64,000 nt of DNA, taken from positions 4,561 to 68,560 of the forward strand of contig CAZUFP010000010.1 of assembly GCA_964619835.1 (NCBI GenBank). Direction: 5' to 3'. Below are positions 59,310 through 64,000 of the stretch, one piece after another; position 1 is the first letter of the stretch; each line of letters starts with the position of its first letter. The notes below the pieces were generated by a model, which saw nothing but the letters and a program-made list of their open reading frames with translations, ran no database searches and was not told where the DNA came from. The stretch is from an uncultured Gemmatimonadaceae bacterium (lineage in GTDB: Bacteria; Gemmatimonadota; Gemmatimonadetes; Longimicrobiales; RSA9). The position numbers and the translations under genes were made by a program.

Positions 59310-60479
59310 ATGATCCCATTCCTCGGATTGCTGCCCTGGGCCGTGTTGGTGCTGATCGTACTGCCGCTGAGCTTCCTGCGGCGGCCGCGCCTCGTCGACA
59401 GCCCGCCCGACCTGCCGCCGGACACGCCCCTCGTGTCCATCATCGTCCCCGCCCGGGACGAGGCGGAGAACATCGGCCGGTGCCTGGGTAGCCTGCTGCA
59501 TGCCGAATGGCCCGAATACGAAATCGTGCTGGTGGACGACCGCAGCGAGGATGGCACCCGCGAGATCGCGGAAGCGCTGGCGGAGCAGACGGGCGGCCGG
59601 GTCCGCGTCGTCGCCGGCGAGCCGCTGCCCGAAGGCTGGATCGGCAAGCCGTGGGCGTGCTGGCAGGGCTTCAAGGCCGCGCGCGGCGACCTGCTCCTGT
59701 TCACGGACGCCGACACGCGCCACGGGCCCGAGCTGTTGAGCCGGGCCGTGCGCGCACTCCGGGACCACGGCGCCGACATGCTCAGCGCTCTGCCGCGCCA
59801 GGTCATGGTCGGGTTCTGGGAGCGGTTCATGCTCCCCCACGTCTGGTTCATCATCACGGCGCGCTACCCGCTCATGAGCCGGGTCAACCGGTCGGCGAAT
59901 CCCCTGACCGTCATGGCCAACGGCCAGTTCATCCTGGTCCGGCGGGACGCCTACGAGGCCATCGGCGGCCACGCGGCCATCCGGGACGAGGTCGTGGAGG
60001 ACGTGCGGCTGGCCCAGCGGATGGTGGCCGCAGGGCGGTCCCTCTTCGTGGCGCATGCCGAGGAGCTCATCCAGACGCGCATGTACGCTTCCCTCGCCGG
60101 CATCATCGAGGGCTGGAGCAAGAACGTCGCGCGGGGCGCAAGAATCGGCGCCTGGCCCGCCGTCCGCGCCATCGCCCCCTGGGTGGCCGTGGCTCTGCCC
60201 GTCGTCGCCTGGGTGCTTCCGCCCGCGATGCTCGCCGCGTCCCTGGCCGGGTTCGGCGGTGACGGCCTTCAGTTGTGGGCTTTCGCCGCGACCGGTGCGG
60301 ACCTGTTCTTCTGGGCCGTCGCCGACCTGCGCCAGCGGGTGCCCGTGGCCTATGCGTTGACCTTCCCTTTCGGCGCGCTGGCGACCGCGCTGGTCTTCGC
60401 GCGCAGCGCATTGCGCGGCGGCCGGATCCTCTGGAAGGGCCGGAGCTATCCTGCCCCGGGCCCTGGAGCCGGAGAGTAG
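59310..60479 (+). CDS. Glycosyltransferase family 2 (CrtQ/HpnB-like)
   Basis: VSIIVPARDE, DDRSED, GWIGKPWAC, FTDAD, NGQF, VEDV and GWSKN. Confidence 0.88.
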   Translation: MIPFLGLLPWAVLVLIVLPLSFLRRPRLVDSPPDLPPDTPLVSIIVPARDEAENIGRCLGSLLHAEWPEYEIVLVDDRSEDGTREIAEALAEQTGGRVRVVAGEPLPEGWIGKPWACWQGFKAARGDLLLFTDADTRHGPELLSRAVRALRDHGADMLSALPRQVMVGFWERFMLPHVWFIITARYPLMSRVNRSANPLTVMANGQFILVRRDAYEAIGGHAAIRDEVVEDVRLAQRMVAAGRSLFVAHAEELIQTRMYASLAGIIEGWSKNVARGARIGAWPAVRAIAPWVAVALPVVAWVLPPAMLAASLAGFGGDGLQLWAFAATGADLFFWAVADLRQRVPVAYALTFPFGALATALVFARSALRGGRILWKGRSYPAPGPGAGE

Positions 60480-60715
60480 CAAACTCGCGCGACGAGAAGA
60501 TGCCCGCGATCTGCCCTTGCCCGCGGCCGTAGCGCGTGCCAGGATCCATGCATGCCGTCGCTGCCCTTCCGCCCGCCCTGGTGCGGGGGTAGTGGCGACG
60601 GGTCAGAGTCCCCAACCAGCAACGAAAGGTCTTCAGGCTGTTCACTCGGGCGGCGGACGGCCGCGAACCTGAACCTACGTAGTTCTGCCAAGCTGTTCCC
60701 GAACCTGGAGGATCG

Positions 60716-61804
60716 ATGCGCGCTTCAACTCTCGTGTCGTCGTCACTGGTGGCGGGATTGGCCCTGCTGTCAGCATGCGGCAGCGGGTCGACCGGCGGGA
60801 CCGACCAGACGACGCAACTGGATGTAGACATTCCTGCCAACATGTTCGAGCCGGTGGCGGCAACCGCGCCGGATCTGCCGAACAACGCGGCCACGCCGGA
60901 GCGCGTGGCGCTGGGCAAGATGCTGTTTTTCGAGCCGCGGCTGTCCGCCAGCTGGCTCATCAGCTGCAACACGTGCCACAACCTGGGCCTTGCCGGGGTG
61001 GACCTGCAGGAGACGTCGGTGGGGCACGGCTGGCAGCGCGGACCGCGCAACGCGCCCACGGTGCTGAACGCCGTGTACAACGTGGCCCAGTTCTGGGACG
61101 GCCGCGCAGCCAACCTGGAAGAGCAGGCAAAGGGCCCCGTCCAGGCGGGCGTCGAGATGAACAACACGCAGGACCGCGTGGTCGCCACGCTCAAGAGCAT
61201 TCCCGAGTACGTGGACCGGTTCCATGCCGCGTTCCCGGAAGACACCGACCCGGTGTCGTTCGACAACATGGCGCGGGCCATCGAAGTGTACGAAGCGACG
61301 CTGCTGACGCCCGACTCGCGCTTCGACCTGTACCTGAAGGGCGATGTGAGCGCCCTGTCGGCCAGCGAAAAGCAGGGCCTCCAGCTGTTCATCAGCAAGG
61401 GATGCACGGCGTGCCACAACGGCATCAACATCGGCGGGCGCGCGTATTTCCCGTTCGGCGTCGTCAACAGGCCCGACGCCGAGATCCTGCCGCGGGATGA
61501 CATGGGCCGCTTCAAGGTGACCCACGTCACCACCGACGAGTACGTGTTCCGTGTGGCGGCGCTGCGCAACGTGGCGCTCACGCCTCCCTACTTCCACTCC
61601 GGCAAGGTGTGGGACCTGGGCGAGGCCGTCCGCGTCATGGGCACGGCCCAGCTCGGCTCGAACCTCACCGACGCCGATGTGGAGGCCATCACGGCCTTCC
61701 TGCACACGCTGAACGGCAGGCAACCGGACGTCAGCTACCCCATCCTGCCGCCGAGCGGCCCGGATACGCCGAGGCCGATGACCGGGCCCACAGGGACCCG
61801 GTAG
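60716..61804 (+). CDS. Di-heme cytochrome c peroxidase (CcpA-like) lipoprotein
   Basis: Lipobox LSAC, CxxCH motifs CNTCH and CTACH, RNAPTV, QFWDGRA and PYFHSG...AVRVM. Confidence 0.92.
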   Translation: MRASTLVSSSLVAGLALLSACGSGSTGGTDQTTQLDVDIPANMFEPVAATAPDLPNNAATPERVALGKMLFFEPRLSASWLISCNTCHNLGLAGVDLQETSVGHGWQRGPRNAPTVLNAVYNVAQFWDGRAANLEEQAKGPVQAGVEMNNTQDRVVATLKSIPEYVDRFHAAFPEDTDPVSFDNMARAIEVYEATLLTPDSRFDLYLKGDVSALSASEKQGLQLFISKGCTACHNGINIGGRAYFPFGVVNRPDAEILPRDDMGRFKVTHVTTDEYVFRVAALRNVALTPPYFHSGKVWDLGEAVRVMGTAQLGSNLTDADVEAITAFLHTLNGRQPDVSYPILPPSGPDTPRPMTGPTGTR

Positions 61805-61894
61805 GCCGGTCCGCGTCTCCTCCCTGCCCGCCCGCCCCGCTTGCCGGGGCGCGGGGGGCAGGGGGCGCGGCGCAGAAAGCGCAGGGACTGCGGA

Positions 61895-62151
61895 TCACGC
61901 AGAGGCGCAGAGGGCGCAGGGAGGACAGGGTCGCGGCAGGGGCGACAGGCGAAGGGCCTCCTTCCCGGGCAATGCAGGGTGCCGTTTCATGTTTTCATTC
62001 TGTTCCGGCATGGCACCGGGCGTTCGGTTCGCCCGCGGTTCCAGGCCGTCGAACCCAGTAACCAGGACGCGGCCTCCGCCGGGTCGCCGGCTCCCATCCC
62101 CGGCCTCTCGCATTGCCGGATCCTCTCTGCGTCCTCCGCGCCTCCGCGTGA
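61895..62151. repeat. 257-bp cassette bounded by 31-bp imperfect inverted repeats (27/31)
   Basis: tcacgcagaggcgcagagggcgcagggagga 61895-61925 versus tcctctctgcgtcctccgcgcctccgcgtga 62121-62151. Confidence 0.75.
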
Positions 62152-62326
62152 GATGCTGTCCCTGCGCCTCCGCGTGAGGGAGCAGTCCGCAGCTCCGCGT
62201 GGAACGAGCGGTCCCCGCGCTTCCCCGTGGAACGAGCGTCCCTGCGCCCTGGAACGGGGGTTGCTTCCTCTGCGTGCCCGACGGACCTTGCGAGGGCTGC
62301 TCTTCCCGTACCACGGAGGCCAATCG

Positions 62327-62950
62327 ATGAACCTGACCAGCCATTCCCTGGAATCCGGTGGACGTTGCCCGGAGCAGTACGCGTTCTGCGCGGCGACGGG
62401 TGACGGCAAGGCGACCCTGGGCCCCAATGTGAGCCCGCACCTGCACTGGTCGCTGGAGCCGGCGGAAACGAAGTCGTTCGCGTTGATCTGCGTGGACGTG
62501 GACGCGCCGCTGGACCGGTCCGACGCGAACCAGGAGGGCAAGAAGATCCCGTACGACATGCCGCGCAAAGACTTCTACCACTGGGTGCTGGTGGACATGC
62601 CGCCGACGTTGACCGAGCTGGCGGAGGGCGTGGACTCGAAGGGGATCACGGCGCGGGGCAAGCCGACGGGCCCGCGGGACGTGGGTCTGTCGGGTCGGAA
62701 CAGTTACACCGAGTGGTTCGAGGACGATGCGGACATGAGGGGCGTGTACGGGGGCTACGACGGCCCGTGCCCGCCGTGGAACGACGAGCGTCTGCACCAC
62801 TACCACTTCACGGTGTACGCGCTGGACGTGCCGCGGTTGGGCCTTTCCGGCGACTTCAGCGGTGACGACGCGCTGGCGGCCATGAACGGGCACGTGCTGG
62901 CGCAGGCCGAGATCATGGTGACGTACGCGGAGAATCCGGACGCGCGCTGA
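62327..62950 (+). CDS. YbhB/YbcL family (PEBP) protein
   Basis: GGAGG RBS; NVSPHLHW, DVDAP, FYHWVLVD, YGGYDGPCPPWND and HHYHFTVYALD. Confidence 0.9.
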   Translation: MNLTSHSLESGGRCPEQYAFCAATGDGKATLGPNVSPHLHWSLEPAETKSFALICVDVDAPLDRSDANQEGKKIPYDMPRKDFYHWVLVDMPPTLTELAEGVDSKGITARGKPTGPRDVGLSGRNSYTEWFEDDADMRGVYGGYDGPCPPWNDERLHHYHFTVYALDVPRLGLSGDFSGDDALAAMNGHVLAQAEIMVTYAENPDAR

Positions 62951-63007
62951 CCGGCGCGGAACGGAACGGATTCGGCCCCGGCAACGGATTCCGGAAAGGA
63001 GGCGGGG

Positions 63008-63355
63008 ATGGGAGACACGATCTTCGGCAAGATCGTACGCGGTGAGCTGGACGCGGACATCGTGTACCGGGACGACCGGGTGACGGCGTTCCGCGACATC
63101 GATCCGAAGGCGCCGACGCATGTGCTGATCGTGCCGAACGAGGCGATCCCGACGGTGAACGACGTGGAGGAGTCCCACGAGGCGGTGCTGGGCCACCTGT
63201 TCGTCGTGGCGCGGAGGATCGCCGAGCAGGAGGGCATTGCCGAGGACGGGTACCGCCTGCTGGTGAACTGCGGCCGGAACGGTGGTCAGGAGGTCTTCCA
63301 CCTGCATATGCACCTGCTGGGTGGCCGGCCCCTGGGGCCCATGCTGGCCCGCTGA
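63008..63355 (+). CDS. HIT family purine nucleoside phosphoramidase (HinT-like)
   Basis: [23 protein letters not shown] and [15 protein letters not shown]. Confidence 0.92.
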   Translation: MGDTIFGKIVRGELDADIVYRDDRVTAFRDIDPKAPTHVLIVPNEAIPTVNDVEESHEAVLGHLFVVARRIAEQEGIAEDGYRLLVNCGRNGGQEVFHLHMHLLGGRPLGPMLAR

Positions 63356-63429
63356 TCGGCCTGGTTGCTCGCTGTGTTAGGTTTCCCTGGCCCCGCGTGA
63401 TGCGGGTCCCGACCTGAACGGGAGTGACA

Positions 63430-64000
63430 GTGAGGCAGACGATCCACGCCGCTCTGGTGGCGGCGTTGCTGGCCGGCGCGTTCGCCGGCTGTGAACCGGA
63501 GCGGAGCGCGGATGCGGCCGGAGCCGAAGAAGGCCCGGCCGTCGTCGTCACCGTCCATCCCATCGCGAGTCTCATGCGCATGGTTGCCGGCCCCGCGGCG
63601 CGCATCACGGAGCTGCTGCCGGCAGGTGTGAACCCCGCGACGTACGACCCGACGCCGCTGGCGGCGCGGGAAGTGGCGTCGGCGCGCCTGGTGGTGCGCG
63701 TGGGCGGCGCCGTGGATGATTGGGTCGCCGGCATGGTCGAGGATGCGGACGTTCCCGTCGTGGTGCTGACGCAGGGCATGCACCTCATCGGCGCCACCGA
63801 CCAGCCGGGCACGGGCAATCCACACGTGTGGCTGGACCCCATCCTGGTGCGGGACACGTTGCTGCCTCGCATGCTCGAGGCGCTGGAAGGCGTGGCGCCG
63901 GACTCCGCGGAGGGGCTGCGCCGCCGGGCGGGCGCCGTGGCGGACTCGCTCACGGCGCTGGACGCGACCATCCGCACGATCCTGTCGGGCATCAAGTCGC
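63430..64000 (+). CDS. Metal ABC transporter substrate-binding lipoprotein (ZnuA/TroA-like), truncated by window end
   Basis: Absent from the ORF track because it has no stop in the window. Manual translation gives MRQTIHAALVAALLAGAFAGC...VVVTVHPI...GVNPATYDPTP...NPHVWLDP. Confidence 0.85.
   Translation, partial: MRQTIHAALVAALLAGAFAGCEPERSADAAGAEEGPAVVVTVHPIASLMRMVAGPAARITELLPAGVNPATYDPTPLAAREVASARLVVRVGGAVDDWVAGMVEDADVPVVVLTQGMHLIGATDQPGTGNPHVWLDPILVRDTLLPRMLEALEGVAPDSAEGLRRRAGAVADSLTALDATIRTILSGIKS

Noticed and set aside
59310-60479. Carotenoid or hopanoid biosynthetic cluster around the GT2
   Set aside because: No crt or hpn genes flank it in this window, so the substrate cannot be assigned.

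Overview
High-GC bacterial chromosomal window, densely coding (about 56 CDS). The gene set (SusC/SusD pair, TonB receptor, Omp85 paralogue, DUF2723, DUF4382, short RpoD-family sigma) suggests a diderm, probably Gemmatimonadota; this is inference, not a database result. Content is mostly housekeeping or metabolic: maeB-pckA, trpE, sbcDC, ettA, ftsH, rsgA, queE-like, proline dehydrogenase, cytochrome c peroxidase, and a cobalamin-riboswitch-controlled B12 uptake operon. I saw no rRNA, tRNA, CRISPR array, integrase, transposase or phage genes. Two things stand out. (1) A tight minus-strand cluster of methyltransferase, FAD oxidoreductase, TcmN/WhiE-like aromatase-cyclase and FabF-like ketosynthase, with no ACP or chain-length factor in the window, which may be an undescribed minimal aromatic polyketide or phenolic lipid pathway. 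(2) Several families of short tandem oligomers (6-, 7-, 8- and about 9-mers) arranged as inverted-repeat cassettes. These sit at gene ends, next to start codons (ettA), inside a coding sequence (hydantoinase) and inside a doubly coupled mini-ORF between sbcD and sbcC. All protein calls are from motif recognition by eye. Several start codons were moved from the ORF track to more plausible ones.
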